From Octopus bimaculoides (lineage: Eukaryota): a stretch of 40,302 bases of DNA. The DNA lies in NCBI RefSeq assembly GCF_001194135.2, contig NC_068990.1, positions 52,354,006-52,394,307 of the forward strand, given 5' to 3'. Of this stretch, positions 11,187-21,955 are shown in pieces (position 1 is the first letter of the stretch; every line of letters starts with the position of its first letter). Both the position numbers and the translations under genes were made by a program. The notes under the pieces are model-generated. The model had not been told where the DNA came from. It saw nothing but the letters and a program-made list of their open reading frames with translations, and made no database searches.

Positions 11187-11409
11187 GTTCGTGTAAAGTT
11201 CGAAAAAGTTCACAAATAAAGTTTAAAAAAAAAAGAAAATGAAAACAATTGAAAAAAAAACAAAACAAACACAGTTCCAAATAAAAAGATAGACAGAAAG
11301 GCAGAGAAAAGGGACAGTTCAAACACAGAAAGCACTTCTGCCAACAAGTAATCTAGGCTCTTCCTAAGGTACTCCATGATAAGGCACTCCACAGTTTCTT
11401 CGGTAAAAT

Positions 11410-11690
11410 ACCAAACAAATTTTCACTGCTATAGTGGAGTGAACCCTTTCACCACAGACAGCAAACACACAATTCATTCGCAAAATGCAAGCACAAAGTT
11501 TTATTGGCTGGAATGCCAAGCAAAAAATTTTCCCTGTTGTAGTGGAGCGAATACGCCCACCACAAACAGCAAACACACAATTCATTCACAAATGCGAGCA
11601 CAAAGTCTTTTCGCCTAAAAAGCGAAGCAAACATTTTCACTGCAAACACGCCCACCACACAGACAGTGAACACACAATTTTGTTCGTAAA
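11410..11690 (-). repeat. About 2.7 tandem copies of a ~100-108-bp unit in the 5' UTR of the gag-only element
   Basis: accacagacagcaaacacacaattcattcgc at 11451, accacaaacagcaaacacacaattcattcac at 11559 and accacacagacagtgaacacacaatt at 11654. Confidence 0.85.
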
Positions 11691-11903
11691 AACTAACAAA
11701 CACAAGAAACCCGCCAGAGGTAAGCGAAAATGTCACAAAGCCAGACAATAACCTGCTGAAAAAATATTAAACAATAAACTATTGCTTAGCTGAGCAACAA
11801 AACCGACTTACCTCGGCGAGTTCTTCAAGTGTTCTTTGTAAATTTTTAATTGGACAGAGCCAAAAGACTCATGTCTACTCTGTTCAACTGCAAGAAGCTT
11901 CTT

Positions 11904-11925
11904 ACCACACAGTCACACCTGTGCC
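11904..11925 (-). mobile_element. Displaced 5' head (A-box) of the SINE at 9293-9645
   Basis: Minus strand GGCACAGGTGTGACTGTGTGGT joins AAGAAGCTTGCTTCCCAACCAC, giving the same head as the SINE at 28709 (GATGCAGGCATGGCTGTGTGATTAAGTAGTTTGCTTCCCAA). Confidence 0.85.
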
Positions 11926-11984
11926 TATATATATATATATAAACATCACATGACATGATATATGTATAAATATATATATATATA

Positions 11985-13221
11985 TTGGGTCATCCCATAA
12001 ATAATGTGGTTTTTTTTCAATTGTATGAACTAAAAATCAGAGGTGGCCAGGATAAACTACCTGCATCAGCTTGCTATAAAAGCAGGTAGTAATTTTACCT
12101 TGTATTTATTCTTAGTGCAAATTTTGAAGAGTTCAGTTCAGTTTTAACAGTTATTTTTTCAAAGCTATAATAGAAGTAACAAAGGAGCATATTCAGTATA
12201 TTTTGCTTTACGAGTTCAATAAAGGCAACAACGCAATGGAAAGTGCGAGGAATATTAATGCAGTATATGGGGATCAGACAATAAACATAAGCCAGTGTCA
12301 ATAATAGTTCCAGAAATTTTGAGCTGGAAAGTACAGCCTAGAAGATGAGACTCATCCTGGAAGATCTGTAGAGGATGTCCTGCAAACCCCTGGTGGAACA
12401 AAATCCCATCATCAGAGAAGCTTGGATTTGGTTATTCAACCATTCATCAACACCTGTGTGCCATCAGAAAAGTCAGCAAACTGGGTCAATAATTTCCTCA
12501 CAAACTTTCTGAGTCTAATCGCATGCAGAGAGTGAATGTGTGCTCTCTTTGCTGTTATGTCTCACGAATGAAACTTTTTGTGGCTAAATAGTGACTGGTG
12601 ACAAGAAATGGGTTTACTATAAAAAGGTCATGCGGCAAAGACAGTGAGTAAGGAAAAGAGAAACACCAGCATCCCAGGCTAAAGATGGTCTTCACCCATG
12701 TAAGCTGTTGTTATCCATTTGGTGGGATATAAAAGGTTTAGTCCACTTTGAACTTTTAAACCCAAACCAAATGATAACAAAGGAGATCTACTGTGAGCAG
12801 CTTAAGTCAGTGCTAGAGGAAAAAGGACCATCTTTGATTTCAAGACAAAAGGTTTTCTTTGATCAGGGTAATGCTCAGCCACATACAGCAAGGACGACAT
12901 TCTAAAGGCTGAAGTAGTTTGAATGGGAAATGGTGCTCCACCCACCATATTTACCAGTCATTGCCTCATCTGATTATCATTTATTCCACAGTTCTAAAAA
13001 TCATTTGGACAGAAAAATATGAATCCTATAGACTGGAAGAGTATGCTTCATCACAGACAAGTGAATTTTGGAAGAAGAACCTTGCAAGTCTACCAGATAG
13101 GTCGAAGAGCATTGTAGAAAATGAATGAGAGTACATTTTAGATTAAAAAAGAACTTCGTTTACCTTAATTTTGAAAAATAAAAGAAGTATAAAAAAATTA
13201 ATTATTTATGGGATGACCCAA
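11985..13221 (+). mobile_element. Full-length inactive mariner (DD34D) transposon, cecropia/mellifera-like, 1237 bp
   Basis: Perfect 21-bp TIR TTGGGTCATCCCATAAATAAT, with TA at 11983-11984 and 13222-13223. Remnant protein: EVTKEHIQYILLYEFNKGNNAMESARNINAVYGD, IVTGDKKWVYY, LLSIWWDIKGLVHFELL, DQGNAQPHTA, HPPYLPVIASSDYHLFHS. Confidence 0.94.
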
Positions 13222-13407
13222 TATATACACACATATGTACACATGTATGTTTGTATGTATGTATGTATGCACTAGCATAGCTAGTGGGGTGGTAGAGGTG
13301 GTCTGTCCTGAATAGCATTTTTAAATCGGTACCACTTTTAGGCCTGCTGTAGCCAATATGTATATATCTGTCTGCCTCTTTTTCACTCTTCCCCACTTCT
13401 CTGTGTT

Positions 13408-13502
13408 GGTGTGTGTGTGTGTGTGNNNNNNNNNNNNNNNNNNNNNNNNNGGGGGGGGGGGGGCGTTTGCATGTGTGAGTCTGTGTGTGTGTGTTTGTGT
13501 GT

Positions 13503-13543
<41 letters not shown>
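13408..13543. repeat. (GT)n and poly-G around a 25-N gap
   Basis: Directly visible. Confidence 0.95.
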
Positions 13544-13544
<1 letters not shown>

Positions 13545-13759
13545 TATAAGATATTACTTTTTTGTCAAAACATGTGAAATAAAATGTTGTAGCCTTCTTG
13601 AAAATGTTTTATTTTACTTAAAACTCCAAGTTATGGAGAAGTAGTAATACACTGCACACTATGTATTGAGTACTGTCATTTTTGCCCAATTGCAAATTAT
13701 CATAAAATATACCCTCATCATCATCATTTTTCTCATATGTTTCTATAATTTCAACATGT

Positions 13760-14290
13760 CTTCTCTACATTAGCATCCTATCACATGTGGTGCTTAATCA
13801 TCTTTTTCATGTGATTCACCCTCCAACAACAACCTTTCACCTCTTTTGCCCATGTTTTTTTTTGGTTGTCTTCTGTTACAATTACTTTTCATTTAGATTA
13901 CTGGGAACTTCTTTACTCAGTTGATATCCTCCATACACATCACATGTTAACCTGCAATATAATCTTCTCTCTCTTATACTACAGCTGATTCATCTTATAC
14001 CCAATTTTTCTCAGTTCATTTATGTTTCATGGCTCATATCTTCTCACATTACACTTTCAGGAAAGTATACTCACTACATTTATTTTCAGACATCTTTTAC
14101 ATTCAAGGCTCATGTTTCATTACTATCTGACATCATACAATCTACCCTTCATTCACAGATAGAATTCCTAACAGAGTTAACACTTTGAGTACCCTGAACT
14201 TTTTCCACCCTTTGTTTTTCAGATTTTTATACTTTTGGAGTACCAACCTTCACTTCTAATTAGGTCACCCTGGTAACAGAAACTATTTTA
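13760..14290 (-). mobile_element. Old RTE LINE 3' fragment
   Basis: Minus-strand translation pieces NSFCYQGDLIRSEG (cf. DSFHYLGDQVSSGG in the 1-2706 element) and ELRKLGIR*ISCSIRERRL (cf. LREKLDLRSISCGMQERRL). Confidence 0.7.
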
Positions 14291-15153
14291 AAACTCAACC
14301 CATTGGCTGCTGAAGTTTCAAAAACTTCTTTATTCAAAGATCAGCTCAAAATCCTCTTACTGACACCCTTTGCAAGGTTTTTAAAGTCTATAGGTGAGTG
14401 GCAATTGGCTGTGTGGATGTCCAATAGCCTTTCATTAGGTTTCAAATCTCAGGTAGGGCTAAGCGAGGTTCCTACAAATCTAACCAACATTGCACATACC
14501 CTAGTATCCACTCTGAGAGAACCCACAAGAGTAGGAAGGATCACGAAAATGGCAGAACTTCTAGAAATTCCACAAATTTTATGTGGATCTTGACCCCACA
14601 TTGTAGAGTACACCTACCAAGCATGCATACCACCACTGACTACTGATCTTGGAATCACTCAACAAAATAGGCTCCAAGCCTCCACCACATTGACGCAACT
14701 GTCAAACCCTGCAGATTGCCCTCCTGGATAGACAATACAGACATATGAACGTACAGTATAATTTTGAAGCAGTTAGACAACAATAGCAGAAAATTTTGTA
14801 TAAGAGCCATAGTTAACTCTGTGAAAGAACATATTTCTATGCATAGGCACTCCTTCTCCAACCAGGGACTTAAGCACTTCACCTTACTTGCTGAGTATAC
14901 CCATAAAATGGATGATTCTAAGATTAGCTATAAATTGAATTGGTCATTACTGGTTCATCCAAAACCTTACCAGAGAGGTAGGTGTCTTTTGAATTATATA
15001 TCAATGAAGGGTTGGAGATAATATTAGCTAATAGTAAACACATTCTTAGATATATCTACAAAATAAAACTTGAAATTTCTAAAAAAAATTGTGATTTGTG
15101 TCAGTATGTATGTGTGCGCGGCCACAGTTTTTTTGGGGGGTTTTTCCATACCA

Positions 15154-15345
15154 AATTCCGATATAATCGTAATCTTTACCATCTGAAAGGTATTTGTAGA
15201 TAACCATGTTTCTGAAAGTTACGAGGTGATAAAGTCGACTCGAGTGAATTTTGCGAAACTCTTTTCCTCGTCCTCGAAAAAAATGTTTCACAATGAATTC
15301 CGATATAATCGAAATTTACACCATCTGAGGCGTATCTGAATAAAT
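15154..15345. repeat. Two ~50-bp direct repeats, 142 bp apart
   Basis: aattccgatataatcgtaatctttaccatctgaaaggtat (15154) versus aattccgatataatcgaaatttacaccatctgaggcgtat (15296). Confidence 0.75.
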
Positions 15346-15384
15346 TTCATTTAAAAATATACATTTTTCTGGAACTTATCAGGA

Positions 15385-16285
15385 GAGTCGGATGGCGGAA
15401 GTGGGAGGCACAACTGTGTAGGTATGCCTTATTATTTTATATTATTATTATTATATGAATACTCATTTCTATACATTTTATACGTGCAAAAACATTTGTA
15501 TGTTCATGTTTATGGCTTTAAAACCTTACACTTTTATTGCACCAATATTATATATAAAAAAAATATCTTCTTAACATCAATGGTGAGATTTTTCTAAAGA
15601 AGTAAAAATTTATTACATTAAGTGATAAAAAATAGACATATTTTTTATATCATCGAGAATCACTTCTGCTCATTAATTTTTTATTTATAAATCCGAATGC
15701 TTTCTTGTATTTACTTTCCCCATATATTGTTTATGTATTTTATAATAAAGTCGGATGGAAAGGAACCGGGAAAATAGATCCGAAGAAAATAAGCTTATCT
15801 GACACTGTTTTATAACATCGTTACTTTCCGGTAATTTCCGTTACATACTTTTCCATGCAATATTTGATGAAAAGTTATTTTAAATTGAAAAAAATTTTTA
15901 AACCTCAGTAAAATTATTAATACATATTCGGAAATATTCAGATTCTTCTAAAACAAAAAGAATGTTAGGGTATTCCACTATGACGTCATTTTTCTAACAT
16001 TTTTATATGGCCGCGCGAATGCTAAGGCCAGTCACGTGACCCATTAGCTTTTTGTGAGCGCTCTATCCAGGTAAGTTGTGACTTGCTTGCAATTTTATTG
16101 TATTTTCGGATAGAAAAATCTCTTATACTGGACTCATATCATGGCAGAAAGTGAAATAAAACTATAAGGAACGTGTAATAAATCATTTTAGGCATTCAAA
16201 GCTGGCATTTTCAATGATTTAGATAAAATAAAAATTCGTTCGAAATCCAGCATGGCGTCGCTAAGTGGAGAAGGTTTCTTTGATT
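15385..16285 (+). promoter_or_regulatory. Putative housekeeping-type promoter / first-exon region of an unidentified gene
   Basis: Local CpG enrichment, ATGGCGGAAGT (YY1/ETS-like, 15392), TTCCGG (~15845), a perfect CRE TGACGTCA (15981-15988), GTCACGTGAC E-box/CLEAR (16031-16040), donors TAG|GTATGC (15422) and CAG|GTAAGT (16071), and a Kozak-like AGCATGGCG (~16252). Confidence 0.5.
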
Positions 16286-19200
16286 CTCAAATAGAAACAG
16301 CTCACACACACTTCTCTCTCTTTCTTGCATCTTTTTATATTTTTACACACACATATTTATAAATACAGGCATAGAAACTATTAAATTCATCTAAATGTCA
16401 CAAAAATATACACGATTTTTGTTTCCACTTGATTATGTTTGGTATTAAGGAATGGGTGTAGTATATGGGAGGGAGATATTGTGCGTTGTGACGTTCATGC
16501 ATTTTTCCAAGGGCATTTGCAACGCAGAGGAATGGAAGATCTTTGATGCCTTTGAAATAGTATTCTTTAGAGCTTGCTTCTCCAAATGATTGTATGTTCT
16601 ATGTAGCATGTGTGTGCATTTGTTTCATTTGCCGGTTGAAGGGTTTATGTGTAAAATAAGGCCTTTATCCACCGAATATACCTTTATATCGATCCCTCTC
16701 ACGATGATAAATATTTTTCCTTGTCCTTCGTGCCGATTTTTTCTATCTGTATTCGAACACCTTAGCCATTACTATACATCAGCTTTATTCCCTCCTCTTT
16801 TTTAAAGAAAGCTCAATTAACAACCATCATATCTGCTTCAGTCGTGCAGTTTCATTATTTAAACCTTCATTTATATTTGACCATTACCATTTTACTAAAA
16901 GCATTATATGGATTATATTTAATTTCCTCTTTTATTGAAGCTATATACACTCACTTCCAGGCCGCATGTGTTGTGAATATCCAGAAACAAAAAAGTCAGG
17001 AAAACTTCTATAACTCATTGAATTTGTTTCATTAATTTCACAAAACGTGATGTTTTCACAGACCTTTTAATGCTAGTATTAATGTTATTGTGTACAAATT
17101 ATTGTTAGTTAATAAGCCATGTTAGTTTCATAACTTCAATTTATTTAAATTGTTAAAATAAAATGACTTTTCTGTGACTATACACACGAAGATATGTATG
17201 TATATATGTAAGTACACATGTATGGATGCATACACACAATAGATGATAAATGCACTATATATAATATATATAATCACCATACTACAATAGTGTGTGTGTG
17301 TGTGTATATATATGTATATAATATATATATATATATATATATTCCCACACGTAGTTTTTATTAAATCTCAATATGTCACATTTGTATCTAGTTACTGTGC
17401 CTATGAAGGCTCACTATTGAAATCGGAAAGTGAAGTAATGATGTTCATGTTTCTCTCAAGTGAGCACTGAATGTGTATGTTTATCTTGTGTAACTGATAT
17501 AATCTTTCAATCCAGTGTTTAACATAAATCCGATATACATATAAAACCTCATCAGTAATAATGGTGGTGGCATAATTAGCGATGGTGGAACCCATCTGTC
17601 TTCACCTTTCCCTTACCGATTCCTTTATTCGCTATTTTAATGTCTGCTCCACTTTGTTCTGCTTTAATACTGGCTCAGACGATTACTTTGTGTTTATGAA
17701 GATGGATTTAGTGTGGCTCTCATTTATTTATAATAATTTTTGCTTCAGCTCGTCACCTTCAGAGTATTGATTATTAAACAGTTATTGTTTCTACTTTGTT
17801 CTAATTAATATTACTTTAAAAAAAAGACCATTAAAATATTCTGCAGTGATTATTATGACAAAGTGTGTGCTAGAAAAGTTGTCTATTTATTTCCCTGTAT
17901 TATTCTGGTTCCACGTCGTTCTGAAATATAAAACCATGCCTACAATTTATCTTTTAATTTATAAACAGCTAACAACCATCTAAATGTAACCACACTTATT
18001 TACATCTTTAATTAGTTAGTAACAAAAAGAATATATATTTCTCTCTTTGTTATATGTTTAAATGAAGTAGAGTTTAGTAGGTACACATGATTTGACAATA
18101 GGAATTTCATGAACCCAGATAACAAAGAATAGGAGGAAGCCTTTTATATTTTGTACGTCCATCAACAAAAATTTTTATGCCGAATTACTAAACCATGTGT
18201 CCACTGGGTAACTCAATTTTGTTTTGTAGAATTCAAAGAATTAGCTCCGATTTCTCTTATAGTAATCTTTAAAGGATGTTTAATAATAGTAATTATTGCA
18301 TTCATTGATCCCTTTACAAAGTGCTGAGTCGGTCATTTGTAACCGGATTAATTAATTTACCTTTATAAATTGTAATTATTTTCAGTGTATATCTTCACTT
18401 TCTTCCACCTTGTCTAGCGAAGCTTGAATCTACTACAAATAGAGAGAGATAATTATCAATTTGTTTTTACATGAATGTATGTTCAATATCATTAGCAACA
18501 TAATCGTACACTTATATTTGATGGGACCTATAATTTAAATGCCCAGTTCTTAAAGGCTCATAAACGACTACAATGATGTACTAATATAATTATCCACTGG
18601 CTATTTACCTTACCTATATAGTTTTATATTTCTTGTTTTTTCCTTCATTTTGAATTTCCTCACTACCCAGTTTGTTTAGACATAACCGTGGCAAGGTCTT
18701 GCACAATGGAGGAAACTAAATAGCTACCTGCCAATATAGCCTGCAAGTTGGGGACGGGGGTTTTAGCTACAACATAGCTGGATGGCTAGGTTCACCTCCT
18801 CCCACTTTCTGCTAAATTTTTTTACGTTAGGCGTAAAAGAAACGGATTAAAAGTGTGGAATCTACTGAATTTTGGACCTTCTACCTTATTCCTCACTTCT
18901 GAAATGGGGTCGAGTGAATGTATGAATGAAAAATATTTTCCCTTCCAGTTTATTTTTTTAATATTTTCACTTTTCAACCAGTTGACGTTCAAAATGTATA
19001 AAGAATTTTATTTCACCTTTTCGGAAACTATGCTTACTGTTTTTAACTCGTGATTTTTTTTTATTACTTCGACCGAATTATCGACAATTAAGTAAATTCT
19101 AATTTTCAGTATTGTATGTGTGATTGCAGTATTGTTGATGTGCTGGTGGTGGTCTCAATTTAAAGCGATGCTAGTGAAAAAAAAAGCTGGATGTAATCGA

Positions 19201-19577
19201 GAAAAAAAAAAAGATTAGGGTTGCTCCCATTTTTTTTTTTTTTTTTTTTAGCGATCATATTAAATGCCACTCACCAAATCTCTAAGATTGCTACTGAGAC
19301 ACATTAAAATGTTGGGGCTAATGCAATTTATTTCTAAACTAAAATTCATTTATTATCATTATAGGATAGTTTGTAAGAAATGAAATTGTTTTCTACTGCA
19401 ATATAAATTATATTGCTTCCTGGTCAGCAAATTTAATTTTGACAGCAAGCTATCCGGTAAAAACAATTACGACTACATCTCATCGCCTTTCATTTTTCTC
19501 GACTACTACTACTAGTGCTGTGTGTTTATAAGTAGATTATATCCTACCCCTACTGCTGCGTGTGTGTTTGTGCAAAT

Positions 19578-19625
<48 letters not shown>

Positions 19626-19855
19626 AGCTTTGCACCATATGGTTAGGTTGAGTTGCTTTTAATAAACCCACACCCCATATCACCTTTATTAGAAAGAAAG
19701 GGAGAATGTCACTAATCAATTCACATACAAACCTTAGTGTGTGTATGTATATATATATATATAAAATTTAATAATAAGGGAAGAAATTGATATTAATCAA
19801 TTAAAGCCAGTGGTCCAGCATATTAAAAAAATCCGAAGATTAAAATTATATTACA

Positions 19856-19950
19856 TACACAAATTAGAGGAATGACCAGCAAAAGTGGACTCCTATATGC
19901 TAGAAATATAGGAGTCCACTTTTGCTGGTCATTCCTCTTATTTGTGTGTA
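19856..19950. repeat. ~44-bp-arm near-perfect hairpin (7-nt loop), probably a remnant of an inverted Penelope-like repeat
   Basis: tacacaaattagaggaatgaccagcaaaagtggactcctatat-gctagaa-atataggagtccacttttgctggtcattcctcttatttgtg. Confidence 0.85.
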
Positions 19951-21336
19951 TATATATATATATATTATTATTATGGTCAAGTTTGGACATAGCAATCTAA
20001 TAAGTAGAACGACTGTAAGATTGGCATTATTATGTATTGAGTGCTTTGTTTCTACGTGTTTAATATCTCGTTAGTGATTATAGTTTCAGATATTTATTAA
20101 CGCGTTTGAATAAAATGATAATAATACCTCGTTCAGAGATTTAACATTGATAATAATGGCATTATTGTTGTATTTCATGAAATAAAAGTTTTTAACATAT
20201 TAGAAATGTATGTTATGGCATCGTAAGAACAGTTCTAACAAAACGATGTCCACTGAATAAATTACATTTCCTTTTTTGAATTAAATGTTTGTTTTTTTTT
20301 AATTTCGTTGTTTTGGTTTAACGCAAATCAAAGGGAGAGCTTATAACTATTTTTCAATCATCATTGTTTAATAATGCTAGGGAAACATTTATGCTGATGC
20401 TTTCTCGATGTATTTTTGCCTTCGGTGGATGTGATTCCAACCTCAAAGACTTTTGGTTGAAGCGTCAACATTGTCAACATAACCAATGGCGAAGCTTTAT
20501 CAATCTTACTAACTTATTAAACATTCACTCATTTCATATAATAATTATTATGAAATACTAATTAATACACCGTCTGACATATTTAATGTTACATTTATGG
20601 CTGTTTATTATTTTTGACTCGACTAAATCTGTTGCTGTTTTAATTCTTTGTGGAATTTAAAACATGGACGAAGTTGTTGCCCTCAATAACCATTGTTCTT
20701 TGTTTAGACAGAATTTTTTTTTCCGAATCCAACTGACTTTTTCATGTCTTCCTCTTGGTGATTTTTCTTTATCTTTTCTATTTTTGGCTTTCTGCCTCTC
20801 GTTATGGTTAATGACCCAGAGAAAGGGGTTTTCTTGCCTTGTACACAGATGTTAACACCCCCCACACCCAGGAGGGGGATTGTTTTGCTTAACGTCCCTT
20901 ATATTTTTCTCTGCATTCCCCTTTTCTCCCCGTTTCCATTGCCTTTTTTTTTCTCTCCTAAACAAACAGGCATAAATCGTAATTTTATACATACATGTAT
21001 ATACACTTGGTCTGTGAACTATGTACATAGGTCGCTGCTCACAATAATGAAAAGGCACCCAGCCCAATTCTTATGGGACCTCGTCTCTTACCTTAATGTC
21101 AATAGTTTATTGTTTGTCTTCATATTGTTCTATGTTAGCGTTTTGGTTGATTTTGTACACCCATTCCTTCATTTCATTGTATGTGTGTTATATATATAAC
21201 AAAAATATTTTCGATTTTTTTCTTTCTGTCCATATCTGCAAATATATATTGCAGTTATATGTATATAATTAAGCTTTGACTGTTGTTTCTTATTTGTTTG
21301 GTTTTATTTCATTACTGTTTCCCCCACTTCACTGAA

Positions 21337-21378
<42 letters not shown>

Positions 21379-21478
21379 NNNNNNNNNNNNNNNNNNNNNN
21401 NNNNNNNNNNNNNNNNNNNNNNNNNNNNNNNNNNNNNNNNNNNNNNNNNNNNNNNNNNNNNNNNNNNNNNNNNNNNNN
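21379..21478. other. Assembly gap of exactly 100 N (often a placeholder for unknown size)
   Basis: N count is 100. The other gaps are 246, 26, 296, 292, 25, 44 and 10 N. Confidence 0.8.
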
Positions 21479-21839
21479 ACACACACACATGTATACATAT
21501 GTTGGTGTGTTCTAAGAGGTACTAGAACACCAGTTAAATAAATTTTGAAATATGAGGATTACTACAAATGTATGAAAGCACCTAGTAGACTTTATGAACA
21601 ATACAAAATATTTTTCTAATGTTAAATACCATAATAAAAAATGTGAAAACCAGACCATGTTTTAATTGTATTCAACCGATATATTATTCTATACATTCAC
21701 ACAAATTTGGAACAATATATATATATATATATGTATATAAATAACACACCACACATGCATTCCCATCAATATAAATCATGTGTATAAATACCGTGTTTCT
21801 ATGTATACATATCTATATTAGTATATAATACACAAACAC

Positions 21840-21955
21840 CATTATCATCATGCTTAACATCTAACTTCCATGCTGTCGTGGCCTGGATAGTTTGACAAGA
21901 CCTGACAAAGTGGAGGACTGTGTTATGCTCCAATGTCTACTTTGATATGGTCTAC
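21840..21955 (-). mobile_element. RTE/SINE-type 3' tail fragment
   Basis: Reverse complement ends ...cagcatggaagttagatgttaagcatgatgataat, related to the tail at 2670-2706. Confidence 0.6.

Larger units (their letters stand above)
9646..11894 (-). mobile_element. Non-autonomous ORF1(gag)-only non-LTR retroelement (L1/Tx1-like ORF1), bounded by a 9-bp TSD
   Basis: TSD aagcttctt at 9637-9645 and 11895-11903 splits a SINE head. There are no LTRs or TIRs. It has a ~700-bp 5' UTR, a decayed ORF1 with a CCHC knuckle, then ~225 bp of 3' UTR ending ...TGAAATA|AAG; no endonuclease or RT motifs. Confidence 0.85.

Noticed and set aside
11410-11690. CRISPR-like repeat array
   Set aside because: The units are contiguous diverged ~100-bp tandem repeats without unique spacers, in a eukaryotic retroelement, with no cas genes.
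17401-17770. Overlapping ORFs on both strands and a minus-strand GTAAG donor near 17613
   Set aside because: No recognisable motif, no phase-compatible exon linking to the UBAP2L chain, and stop-bounded in the relevant frames.
19110-19215. Plus-strand exon candidate encoding a TM-like IVCVIAVLLMCWWWSQFKAMLVKK
   Set aside because: No credible donor; it runs into A/T homopolymers, and hydrophobic peptides arise readily from GT-rich sequence.
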